Part shown: positions 49,517 to 60,948 of the stretch, piece by piece
Position numbering within the stretch: the stretch's first letter is position 1
Layout of the letters: each line of letters opens with the position of its first letter
Assembly: GCA_030704615.1 (NCBI GenBank)
Contig: CM060733.1
Coordinates: forward strand, 9,672,001 to 9,736,000
Direction: 5' to 3'
From: Takakia lepidozioides
Taxonomy: Eukaryota > Plantae > Bryophyta
Length of the DNA stretch: 64,000 bases
The notes under the pieces: model-generated
What the model saw: the letters and a program-made list of their open reading frames with translations, nothing else
Told to the model about the DNA's origin: nothing
Databases searched by the model: none
Translations under genes and position numbers: made by a program

Positions 49517-50677
49517 TCAGGGTTTTGCATCCAACCTACATTCAACCATAATGTCCCAACCCGAAAACGCCGGTTCCAACGAGTCATCCACTTCTCTGCC
49601 TAGCTCGCGAAGGTTACGCCACTCGTCCTTGGACTTGTTGTACGTTACAACCTGTCGTTGTATGCACTCAGCGTAGAAAAAACCTTCCTCCACAATTACA
49701 AGCACGTCACCACAGGCAAAGAAACCGTAGCAATAGTAAGCGCGATCATGGTCGTAGTCAAGCCGCAGGCTCTCGGGGACACATGTAATCCTCACCCAGG
49801 TCTGGTCCGCGCTTCGAAATTCCCATACATACATCGTGGCCAGTGTGAATGCGAAGACAAGCCCATTGCTTCCCGTCAATACCGTCTTATCGGGAGGACA
49901 AGGATGGTATGAACCAGGTTGAGGCGGTAACAGTGGCAATGCTGGTAACGTTGGGAGGTCATTCAAGACTGCTGTCTGTTTATCCAAAAGCCTTACGAGT
50001 GCGTATCCGAGGCCAACGTTATATCCAACACGATCAAACACCTTACAGAAAATGGTTTTGTTGAGATTGTTTGTGAGAGCTCCAAATAACAGATCACTCC
50101 CACTCCAGCGGTCAGTTCCGGAGTCATAGACTGAGATGTTTAGTAAGCTGTTCGAACCTGATCGCGAGCATCCTACAATCACGACGTAATTCTTGGTATG
50201 GCTGTCCATCATCATGTGAACCATACGGGGATGCGTGGTATGTGTGTCAGGATTGGGAGGGAGTTCCCGCCAAGCACTTGTGAGAGGATTACATACAATT
50301 ACTCGTAAAGTCTCCGTCTCCATCACCCACCAATGCAAGCACACAAGGCCTCCACTTGCTGCGACTATCGACCCTTCAAAATCCGATGCAAGAAAAATGG
50401 ATTTAAGGAGCCTAATAGACCACTCGTTTGATTGAGTATCAAATGTCCGTAGGTCGTATGAACTTAGACTGTCACTTCTAGATTCATACCTCTCACGACA
50501 GAGGATTCCAAACATATGAAATGAGGCGTGAAATGCTTGTTGAAAGCTGGGTGAGAAGATTACAGACTCCCACCGTTTGCTGAGAGTGCGAAGACGGAAG
50601 ATGCATGCTATTGGCAACCTTGCGAACACAAGTTCCATCAGGACCTCTGGCAATTTGCTCCATAGGCTCGGTTCCAT
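49517..50677 (-). CDS. F-box/kelch-like protein, intronless CDS (~386 aa)
   Basis: MEPSLWSKLPEVLMELVFARLPIACIFRLRTLSKRW; VAASGGLVCL..IVCNPLTSAWRELPP; VYDSGTDRW; first ATG at 50677. Confidence 0.9.
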   Translation of the reverse strand: MEPSLWSKLPEVLMELVFARLPIACIFRLRTLSKRWESVIFSPSFQQAFHASFHMFGILCRERYESRSDSLSSYDLRTFDTQSNEWSIRLLKSIFLASDFEGSIVAASGGLVCLHWWVMETETLRVIVCNPLTSAWRELPPNPDTHTTHPRMVHMMMDSHTKNYVVIVGCSRSGSNSLLNISVYDSGTDRWSGSDLLFGALTNNLNKTIFCKVFDRVGYNVGLGYALVRLLDKQTAVLNDLPTLPALPLLPPQPGSYHPCPPDKTVLTGSNGLVFAFTLATMYVWEFRSADQTWVRITCVPESLRLDYDHDRAYYCYGFFACGDVLVIVEEGFFYAECIQRQVVTYNKSKDEWRNLRELGREVDDSLEPAFSGWDIMVECRLDAKP

Positions 50678-51180
50678 CACTCTTACTGGCAAACACAACA
50701 GTCTATCGACTTAATGGCTCTGAACACCTCTGCACAGTGTCCAAACTGTTCTCGGTCTGCAGATGAAACTCTCTACGGGGGCTGTGCAGAGGAAGCCATA
50801 GACGAGTGGCAATGCCGTGTTCTACCTGCGAATATCGCCTTCACTCTCCCAACCTACCCCTGACTATTTTGTTCTTCAACTTGTGTACTTAGGAAAGGTG
50901 ACGAGGGGCGTGCTCGAATAGAGCAGATTTCTGATGCAAGATCACCAAGAAATTATTAGGAAATCGTTCTCCCCCCTGCGCGCCGTCTTTGTTCAGATTC
51001 GAATGTGATGTTCCTACAGTCTCGTGCCCTATCCACACGTGCGAAACTAGATTCCTGTCTGCTGCAGCCGCCATCATTAAGTACAGTAGTTAGGCCGACA
51101 TCAACTTCTCTCAAGAAGTGGTTGAGAAGGAAATTGTCACAATGAAAGCTTCGGAACTCGCATTAATGAAAAAGGATCTG

Positions 51181-52399
51181 AATCCGCCACATGTATCCAA
51201 GACTGACCATAGTGATTCTACCTAGTCTTGCAATCTTATTACACAAGTGAACTCATGAACCCGAAATCAAGTGAGCGGCGCTTATCAAACGTTGTCTACT
51301 GGGAGTCTGGGAGTCTGCCCAGATCTTACTCTTCATCGTTACAAGTCTCAAAGAGAAATCAACTTCGAGCTCCAGTATAATTAACCCTTAAGTGGTATAT
51401 CGACGAGTGTTGGTCTGGTATCTTGAATTGGAAATACCAGAAGGCTCCTGGTATGCAGTGCTGATTTTTTTGAAGGCAGGTAGGTTTTCCAATAATGCAT
51501 CCCCTGATTTTTTCCAGTATGAATCCGGTATGCATAGAGTGGTTTGTTAAGAAAATCAATCCGGATATGAGCAATGGTATCTGAATGTCAATAACCTAGA
51601 AATATGAACTCGGATATTCGCCCTAATGAAAAAGGATGTGAATGCCGGGATTCCTTCTCCAAGATTCGCAGTCCTTCCATTTAAATGGGTGTTTGCTTCG
51701 CGCTGTAAACTTTTGTTGTTCGATCCTGCACGAAACAAGTCGCCTAAGATGCCACCTCAGATTTGGTCCTCCAAAATTCTGTGGACCAACTACTGCAGTC
51801 TCTAAAAAGCAGACTGGACTTACGTTGTTGATGTCCACCCCCAGACTTAAGCCCTGATTAATTATACTGGAGCTCGAAGTTGATTTCTCTTTGAGACTTG
51901 TAACGATGAAGAGTAAGATCTGGCCAGACTCCCAGTAGACAATGTTTGATAAACGCCACTCACTTGAGTGAACTTGTGTGGGATTGCAAGACTAGGTACA
52001 ATCCAGTGTTGGGCGGTTATTTGAATTTCTCTCTAATACTTGGCGGTTACCTATCCGGTTGTATATATATATGACCGGCGGAGGTGAAAAAATGAAGTAA
52101 CCGGTCCAGTTAGGAACAGGCGGATGTCACGCATTCAAATAACCGAGCAAAAAACCTCTTAAAGAACCGCCCAATACCCGCGGTTATTTGATGAAAACCG
52201 CCGGTTATTTGAGGTTTTTGCAAGTAGCCGTAACCGTTGAGGTTATATTTAGCCATAAAAATTTTATTAACCGCAACCGCGGTCAATAGTTTCCTAAAAT
52301 TCGAAACAACCGGAACCGCCGGTTATGAAAAAAATCAAATAACCGCCCAACACTGGTACAATCCCATGGGCAGTCTTGGATACATGTGGCAACCGGATT
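51181..52399. repeat. Long inverted repeat (~200-bp arms); right arm split by a MITE
   Basis: Left arm 51181-51393 (..CTTACTCTTCATCGTTACAAGTCTCAAAGAGAAATCAACTTCGAGCTCCAGTATAATTAA) is the reverse complement of 51846-52003 plus 52364-52399. Confidence 0.9.
52004..52355. mobile_element. Non-autonomous hAT element (MITE)
   Basis: TIR CAGTGTTGGGCGGTTATTTGA..TCAAATAACCGCCCAACACTG; 8-bp TSD GTACAATC. Confidence 0.92.
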
Positions 52400-53241
52400 A
52401 GGCCTGGAGACCGAAGATGCAATCCATCGGCAAGTGACCAGTGTTGGGCGGGTATTACTTTTTCTAATACCAGCCAGGTCCGGGTACTGAAAAGAAATTA
52501 ATTTGCAATACCAGCCGGTTTCATAGTATTGAAAGATTCCCTTCATTTTAATGCCTACCGGTTCTCAATAGTAGTATGATTTTCGATTTGCGGACGGGTA
52601 TCAATAGGATGGGTATTCCAATCTAATACCAGCCAGTTATCAACCGGGGTATAAAAATTAAAAATTAAAAATTAAAAAAACGACTAAATCATGAATTTAA
52701 AATATTTCAGTTGATTTCACAAAGAAATTAATTATTATGTTGCAAAATTCAGTTTTTGCAATACATAATAACAACGTTGCAGATTTTAGTATCCAAATTG
52801 AAGAAAGTTTAGTTAAAAGAAGACCCATTGCAACCACATAAGACACCCTACATGTCCTAAAAAAAATAAAGAACATGGGTGGGCCCGCCCTACATGTGGT
52901 AAGAAATGAAGCATAGTGGCGGCTGGACATGCCCTCCCCCACATGTGCACCCCTCTTACCTGATATATTGTGCACCCAGCCAATTTCCTATTCATACCAT
53001 GGTATAGTCCTTGGTTTTGCCCATAATACGGGTATGCACCCGGGTATTGCCTTGGCAATATCCGGTTATCAACCATAGTAAATTTCCAATACCAGCCGGG
53101 TCGATTATTCAATACCCCGGTTGATACCCTGCCAGACCCTATATACCAGACCAACACTGGTGCAAACACCAGTTCTATCAAAGGCTGTGGCAGATTGCTC
53201 CCCAGAGAGGGATCCATGACTTGACCAACGAGTGTCTCCAT
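52398..53241 (-). pseudogene. F-box gene N-terminal remnant interrupted by a MITE
   Basis: METLVGQVMDPSLGSNLPQPLIELVFA [MITE] HLPMDCIFGLQA* parallels MEPSLWSKLPEVLMELVFARLPIACIFRLRT. Confidence 0.8.
52439..53159. mobile_element. Non-autonomous hAT-type element
   Basis: TIR CAGTGTTGGGCGGGTAT / ATACCAGACCAACACTG; ATACC subterminal repeats; the TSD is degenerate (GTTTGCAC vs GTCAC on the minus strand). Confidence 0.8.
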
Positions 53242-54291
53242 TGTTCCTCTAGTTCCTCTAGTCCCGGTACAGTGGCCACCCAGAATCATCAACGAACAAA
53301 TCCATGCACTCATCGACGACCTAAAGATAGGAATCTGTAATGTAATCATCTTGAGCTACTATTTTTTTTCCGCAACAGTGTTGAAGGAGATCCGTATCCA
53401 AGTTTTCTCTCTTCGTTTGAGATAGCCGCCCAGCAATAGAGCCTTTGAATTGCGAAACTCATCACTCAAACAGCGACAATGAGATGCAACAGTAGTTCAG
53501 CCAAGAAACTGTCCAAAGCCAGAGAGAGCAAGTTTTGGTCAACATGAGGCAACATAAGATCATACCATCTATATCATTGAAACATCAGTGTGTGAAGTGT
53601 GAACCTTCAGGCTGATTCCCTGCAGTATGATGCCCGTCACTTATCTTGTGAGTGGTCTAGAAAGAGGATGTGCCTATTAGAAAAGGAGAGAAAACTCTCA
53701 ATAATATACAGATTTTCATCTGCCATCTCAACATGTGCATGAGGGATTACAAATTTCCACCCTGGTGATAACTATTTCGTGGTCTGAAACCAACAGAATA
53801 TGGTACATCTTGCAAAGCTGGCAAACAACATGGTTGCAAGCTCTCTCCTGGCTTGCAGGCTTGAGAGAGAGGGGAAAGAAGAATGTGTAATCCAGCTTTT
53901 TTCACATTCCGCTACATAAGTCTAATTAATCTGACTAACTATGATACAGTCACATATAGCATGTGCACTTGAAGTGCAAGCTCTCCACTGGTCTCCATGG
54001 TCATGCAAGCCTGATTCCTTCAGCTGGCAATAATATCTGCTGCAGCCATCGCCACATACTCCTGTGTCGCAGTCTGACTCCTAAACAGTTTCACAGAGTG
54101 CTAATACACTAAGTTGTTGCTGGAAATGAAGTAAACAAGAGCAGGCCCGGTGGACTCCCTTTGTAGACGGATACCAATCAGGAATGCGGACTCTGTGAGA
54201 GACTTTTGACAGTGATACGATGAAGAGAGAATAATACTTTTGACCACTTTTAGAGTATGGCCAACTCACTAGCAATGCTCCAAAGAGCTGC

Positions 54292-54651
54292 CTAATAACT
54301 CCACAACACCAGACCCTGGACGAAGAGTGCTGATGCTGCAACAACCAGGCCAGCAAAGATGGGGGGCACTGCAACATCTATCTTGGATTTCTTGAAAAGA
54401 TTTACTGGAACACACAACCTGTCCTGTGGACCATCCAGTGGCATCCAAAAACATTGCCTGCAAGATGGTGAAGCCTTCTTCCCTTGCAAAGAACATGCCT
54501 GAGCAATTTCCACGAATGGAGAAATGCTGGAGCTGAACCCCATCTCCAAGCTCAGAGCTGCCACTGTCACTGTTGCTGCCAGCACTGCTGTCCAGAACAT
54601 TGCATAGAGAAAGAAGGGATTGCTTGCAAATCTCCAAAAGTAGGACATCAT
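54292..54651 (-). CDS. Small uncharacterised plant membrane protein with two hydrophobic segments; may have upstream exons
   Basis: PFFLYAMFWTAVLAATVTVAALSLEMGF..ISP..C..MPLDGPQDRLCVP..FKKSKIDVAVPPIFAGLVVAASALFVQGLVLW resembles a conserved land-plant family of unknown function (from memory); a CAG acceptor lies 3 nt before the ATG. Confidence 0.8.
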   Translation of the reverse strand: MMSYFWRFASNPFFLYAMFWTAVLAATVTVAALSLEMGFSSSISPFVEIAQACSLQGKKASPSCRQCFWMPLDGPQDRLCVPVNLFKKSKIDVAVPPIFAGLVVAASALFVQGLVLWSY

Positions 54652-54764
54652 TGCCTGGTCAGTTATAAGATGAGTATGTCAATAAAACAGTAATAACCAA
54701 AAAAAGGGGCAGTAGCCACAAGGTAAAGTGGCTCTTAGTTACGCCAACCCGGCCAGTGACTTCT

Positions 54765-55080
54765 CTCTCTTCAAATCTATCAAGGGAATTGTGCCTGTAC
54801 CCCTGTTTACCAACTTTGAAAGTCTCGAGGCTGAGCCAAAAGCCCAGGCCCTCCTGAGGCCTAGTTTTTAGGCAAATCACACACAGCAGATTGATGCTTG
54901 TGTGAAGGGATTTCTAGAGGATATCTGGAAAACCCGGATTAATTCTTTATATGAAGGTAAGTCTTACTACCAACGTCAGCCCCTGACAGAGGTAGGTTCT
55001 GTCCCTTTTGTTCCCGCTCAAACTGGGCGCGGGGTCAATGGCCGCAAGGCTACGGCAAACAGCGTCTTATGAGTACAATC
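54765..55080 (+). mobile_element. LINE 3' fragment (recent)
   Basis: Nearly identical to the reverse complement of about 29787-30103. Confidence 0.88.
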
Positions 55081-58000
55081 TCTTGATGACCAAAAACTGC
55101 AATGTAAAAGTAAACAGTCTTGGAGCTAAATCTCCAGGACAAAGTATGCAAAAGTGCAAGTTCAACCCTGCGAGTTCGTTCCACTCTTATGACAAATGAC
55201 ATTACTCCACCTATCAAGGGATTTAAAATTCATGCATTTGAAGCATACACTGCCACTACCAAGAGATCTCAGCAACCATACTCCTGTTAAGCACAAAATC
55301 TTGAGAGTAAAAACTTTAGGCACTGCTAATGTAGGAGCACAGATTGTAGGGGGCTCGTCAAATCTCCCACTAGTACCAAGGCTTCCCCACTTCATGGCTA
55401 AATAGAAAACGCAGGAGCTTCCCCATTTACCTTCGCCAAAATGCCTATTTTGCAACGGCCCATTGGCTTTGGAATAGTATGGATGTTCATGACAAAGTTA
55501 TCCTCCTTTCTTTTGAAGCCTGGCTCTAAATGTTTCACCATTCTTCTAGACTATGCGGGCATCTGGACATTCTTGATTTATCAACTCCTCATATACTAAA
55601 CTCTGCTCCGAGAGCGGGATTTCCATGATGAAATCCTACCTGATAATTCCGTCGTAGTATCAGGAAAGGGGCGCACATCTTGTCCACAAATGCATGGTGC
55701 TGCTGTCGAAGCACAGTGCTCAACTTCTCCACGCCTCTAATATAGGTTACCGCCATGACTGACCCCCTGTGGCCAAAGTAGGTATCGTTCATATGCCTTT
55801 CAGATGTCATAGAGAAGTCATTCTGCACACTAGCGAGACTACAGACTTTATCTCCTAACCTGCAAGACAAAACAATGTCCTGATTAGTCCGAGCCTCAAA
55901 CATAACCAACAAAAGATGAAGCTCAAAGAGACATCTGACAGTTCTCAGTTCCCCTGGCTGAGCAACCATAGCAGTAGCACTTTCTGCAGCAAGTAGGTAC
56001 TGCACCCCTACAAACACTTTGTTGATTGATGTTTTCGGTGGGCTTTAATGTGTGAGCTCCACAAGAAAGAGCATTATAACCATCTCAAAAGTGGGGAGCA
56101 CTTTGTTGTTGTGGGTTTGAACCCAGAAATGGGGAATTAGTGCTTTGGGCTTGAAAGCACTGTTTCACAAAACATCACCGTCAAACCACGAAAGACAAGC
56201 CATGCCACACGAACCTTACAAACAGTCATCAATATCAACAGAACTATGTATCTTCCAGTGGCAAGAAGATTACAGTTGATGTCCGATGGAACTTGTAAGC
56301 AAAAAGAACATGTAATTCATGATCATGAGGATGTAGGAGCCATATGCCAAAGGTGACTTCTCTAACTTTACAAAAGATACAGGGGCGGACCCTATCCTGC
56401 ACAATCACGTGGAATAGACTATCCTACTTTACTTCCTCCGTTTCTGAAAACAGACATCCATCCCTTTTCTTGAAGGCCGTGGTAGTTTTTGAGGAAAGAG
56501 AGCTTGATTGCTCCTACTTCGCAGAGGCAAGTCCCGCCAATGAAAAGAATACCTCTTGAAGCTCAGAACCTCCGGTCTGAACCAAGATCTGCACACAGCT
56601 GCGTTTTCATAAAACTCCTGGTGGCCTGGTCATGACCATGACAACGTCCGAAAGGAAAATCAGAGAAAGCATAGCTTCTCAACATCTGTCCAAGCGGATC
56701 CAGTCGTATCATCCCTGACGAGATGAGTGTCTGCTCTAAACACAGACTGATTTTCAGAAAATACAGCGGAATCCATCCACCTACCGAGCAGCGGCAAGCA
56801 GTGTCTCCGTAAACACGGAGTTAAGAAGTCCGTTGATAAGATGCGATACGGTTGTGAGGGCGCAGCATTCTGAGCGTATAGAACGCACAAATGTCTTCTT
56901 CACACTACATCCGGGAGAAAAATAGGAGAACGCAGAGTTTGTCCATGAAGAAATTCGCCAAACACAGAAACAACTGTGTGAGGGAACCAGGAAGAACGCG
57001 ACCGTATATGACAAGGAAAAACCCATCCTCACTTAAGTACATGCAGTCTGTCCCAAACCCAAGGTCATGTTTCAAAGCATCCAAATCCAGCGACATAAAC
57101 ACTTGCTGAAAAAGAAAATGATGACAAATTATTAAGCAGTCACAAAAGTCTTCCTGCGTCAGACTAGAAGATAGGAAATCGCCCTGGAAAAGTACCTGCG
57201 CTGCACCTCGACTACCCACTCTCGTACAGCGAAGCTGTTGAAAGCGTTCACGTGAATGCACAAATTCTTTGGCAAATATCACAAGATTGCTGACTGCACC
57301 ACGACCCATCATCAATCCTGCCAAGAAACCAACTGTAACCCACTTCTGAATCTGGTCAGAGCGTGGATCCAGACACAAATCCTTAAGTACCGGCAATCGA
57401 GCCCTTTGCGATTTCAGTGGCAAGAAGCAGCTGCCCTCCCTCGCACCCTCTTCTTTTCTTTTCTCGCGAGTCTCTCTCTCTCTCTTCCACTCGCTCTTCT
57501 TTTTCCCTCTTAATTTTAAATAATGTTTTTTTTCTCTCTCTTTTTTGCAAAGGGACTCGATGAAGCCATGAACTTTATTTGAATGGGGAAAAATTAAACC
57601 CAAGAGATGCCATATATGCCATACGGAGGCGGACCTATAATGTTTCTGTTTTTGGATTATGTGAAAAATAAACTTACTGAGAGAAGAGAAGATAGAGCTT
57701 AGACTCAAGAGTCATGTCCAGTCTAAGAAAAGTTGCTCTTTCATATTGAGGTTATTTTTACCTCATGATGCTATGCTTCTATCTTTCCCTTTTTTAATAA
57801 AGTTAAACAGGGCCACATCCTCTGTTCCGGGGAAAAAAAAAAAAAAAACAAAACTACTTTATTTTATTTTATTTTATTTTTCTCTGACCCCTGTTTTTTA
57901 AAAACTATAAATTAATAAATTAATAAATGAAAGAGCTGTGAGTCATTGGGTAATCCATCGATGGAAATAGCATAAAAAATATTCTGTAAACCGTTGGATC

Positions 58001-58359
58001 TATCCCGATTCAAACCAATCTTAAACTCTTCAATTTTTCACCTTCAACGGTCTGGATCTCATCTGTCTGTGGTTTTATTCAATAAGGAAGTCATATATAT
58101 TGAGGATTTCGCATCTTTTATTCTAGATGTAATTTTTTCATCATCCGTTAGATTTATGAATGTAAATTTTGACTTACTAGAAAGGAGACAATTAAACTTT
58201 AGAACTGAAAAAGGGGAAATAAAAAAAACAGGCAAAAGGGAAGATAATAGGAATAATGTAAGAACTTAATGCACACATGCAACCTCTGACAGGATGGTAC
58301 GCAGGTTTCTGGCATGTCAAATCTTCCCCACCCTCTCTTGAGAGTGCAATGGAACTGAA

Positions 58360-58626
58360 GAAGTGTCAACTCCAGTCTGGGTTACAGTTGGTGTGTAACT
58401 CCACTCGGGGTTACATTGGTTACACTACGAGATGTGTAACTCCACTCGGGGTTACACAGAATGAAGTGTAGTAACTCCACTTGGTGTAACCCACACTTGG
58501 TCTCGAAATTTGACTGTCCAAATTTGGTTGTATAAAATGGACTAACTAGAGTTACATGAGAAATCGGGGTTACAGAGGGTTACACCCATGGAGGGTTACA
58601 TCGACCGGGGTGACACTGCAAGAGCC
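58360..58626. mobile_element. Probable degenerate MITE built of GTAAC/GTTAC repeats
   Basis: Repeated TGTAACTCCACTCGGGGTTACA; loosely inverted ends AGTGTCA../..TGACACTG; no clear TSD. Confidence 0.45.
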
Positions 58627-59948
58627 TCCCACCAAGAATCAAACCCTGTACCTCGCCACCTGCAATTCTATCACCTTACAATCACGCTACCCACCACAGC
58701 TTGCAGCCCACTCGGGATTCTTTAAGTATTTAATAGTGAAACCGCGGTAAGAGGGGGTGGGGAGGATTTGCCAGGGGCCCCCCACGGAGAGAGCGGCAAA
58801 AGTACCGTCAGATCACACGCGTCCATTAAGTATTCCTATTATCTTCAATAAAGAAGAGACTCTAATGTTAAGTTAACTGACTTCTTTGGCATTGGATAAT
58901 GAGGCTTATTCACCCGAGGTTTCGATTCCTCCCAATAATCTCCGATATTACCCTGGTCCCTGTCCTTGGTTTTTTCTATTAAAGTGACTTACAGAGAATA
59001 TAATGCATCCATATAATTTTATTAAGAAAAAATAATTATTTTAAGGATTTGAGATGTTATATTAATTGGCCTTATTTTTCCTTGCCTCTTTAATTTGACT
59101 TTTCCCATTATAGTATATTAAAAATATTATTGACCTACAAGGAAATAACTTCATGTTATCCTCACCATGTTACCCTCACCGTGTGTTGTGTGTTGGCTTC
59201 AGAGCAACGTAGACCCGGGGCGGAGTCTTACTATTACTTGACTTCATTCCTTGGCTGATGTTTTGGTCTTACATACGATTTTGTCTTGCATAGTGAGGTA
59301 GTAAATAGACTGTTCAGAAATAAGAAAAAGAATATAGTTCTTTGATTTAATTAGGATTTTCCGCTCAATCTGCAGTGTTGACTTTCACACAATTTGAAGT
59401 GAAGAACAACATATGCTAAATTTTAGCGTAATTTTGACAAACTGCAGATTCTAATTGAGTGGACGTTGCGACGATGCCAAAACTACAGTACATAGACAAA
59501 CATCCAAAAACAATTTCTTAACAAAGGCCGGCATTTACCATAATGTAACTAACCCAAAAATTTGGTGGCAAACATTAGAACAATAGAATGAAAACTTGTA
59601 TTATTTTGTCTGGGTGCTCTTATTATTTTTTTGTTATCTTTTTGCTAACGGCTTAATAGCATCCAAGATGATCAAAGCACAAGATTGCTTTACAAGTGGA
59701 TATCACCCCTTATAGCCAACTCAACTATGAAAGGGTCCCGGATTTATCAATTATTTAACCCTTAAAGCCCGGTTATCAGCGTCACGTCTGTCAATCAGCG
59801 TCAGGACACGTCAGACCTGACGCTGACGGGCCCTCCGTCACGTCAGGTTATTCCATTAAAAAAATATCAGGTAAAATATTGTCACTTAAGCAGCCACGTC
59901 GTCAACACGGTGGCGGTGGCAAATACATTTTGGAAAATAATAAAATGA

Positions 59949-60600
59949 AAGCGACCTCCAGTTTTGGCGGCCGCTTATATTTTGGAATTTTAGAAATAAG
60001 AGCAACCGCCAACATGGCGTTCGCTTAATTTTGTTTTTTAAAAAACAAGATTGGCTGTCGCCTAATTTAAAAAAAAAAAACAGCGACCTCCGTATTGGCG
60101 GTCTCATAAGTTTAAAAATATATAAAAAACAAGCGACCGCCAAACGGGCGGGCGCTTAATTTCGAAAATTTAAAATAAAAACAAGCGAGGGCCATATGGC
60201 GGTCGCTTTATTTTAAAATATTTAAAAAAACCAGCGACCGCCATATTTATTTTAAAATATAAAAATATAAGCGACACAAAGAAAAAAAACGACGGACTGG
60301 ACAGTTATTTTATTTTAAAATATAATAATAATGGCGACCGCCAAACTGGGCGGTCGCATAAGTTTAAAAATATAGAAAATAAAAGCGACTGCCACATTGG
60401 CAGTCGCTTAAACTTCACAATATAAAGAATAAAAGCGACCGTTGTACTGGCGATCGCTCTATTTTCGAAATATTAAGAATAAAAGTGACCACCATCTTGG
60501 TGGTCGCTTTATTTTTAATATATAAATAATTGAAGCGACCGCCATATTTGCGGTCGCATCATTTTAAAAATATGGTTGTACCGCCTTTTTCGGGTGGACG
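59949..60600. repeat. Array of ~14 palindromic units (AAGCGACCGCCA-N2-4-TGGCGGTCGCTT) at a 49-52 bp period with A/T-tract spacers
   Basis: Units start near 59949, 60000, 60081, 60131, 60183, 60232, 60332, 60383, 60433, 60483, 60533, plus partial ones. Confidence 0.9.
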
Positions 60601-60948
60601 TTATTGGTTGGTCATATTTTCATTTCACTTTCATTTCACTTTCATCCTTCCTAGAGCATATATAAGGGAGGAGGGTCACCAAGCTCCTCACTTCTTTTGG
60701 CGCAAACACGAGGTTGCTTTGGATGTTATCTTCCATTGAACGAGAGTGTAGCCCAAGAGGAGGGTGCGCACATTTTGCCGTTGTGGCTTCCATCAAAGTC
60801 ACTTCAGCAGATTGTGTATAAGCTCAACACTACAACGTGCATCGACCCACTTGGGTTGGTGACAGGTGTATAAATGTTGGGTTGTCGCATTGCATACTAC
60901 ATTCACAAGTTCATATATAGGTCACTGTTTTTTGTTGCTTACATCACT

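Larger units (their letters stand above)
43995..49872 (+). repeat. Segmental tandem duplication, copy 2
   Basis: Collinear with 36405-42085. Confidence 0.93.

Noticed and set aside
51381-51861. piggyBac element bounded by TTAA inside the inverted repeat
   Set aside because: Both TTAA belong to the inverted arms themselves; there is no matching AGGG terminus.
52813-53349. 178-aa ORF as a gene
   Set aside because: Chimera of an F-box remnant reading into MITE sequence.
56905-57708. 267-aa ORF as a single CDS
   Set aside because: Non-ATG start; runs through GA-rich low-complexity sequence and probable introns.
59949-60600. CRISPR array
   Set aside because: Repeats are degenerate, spacers are similar A/T tracts rather than unique sequences, there are no cas genes, and the context is eukaryotic.
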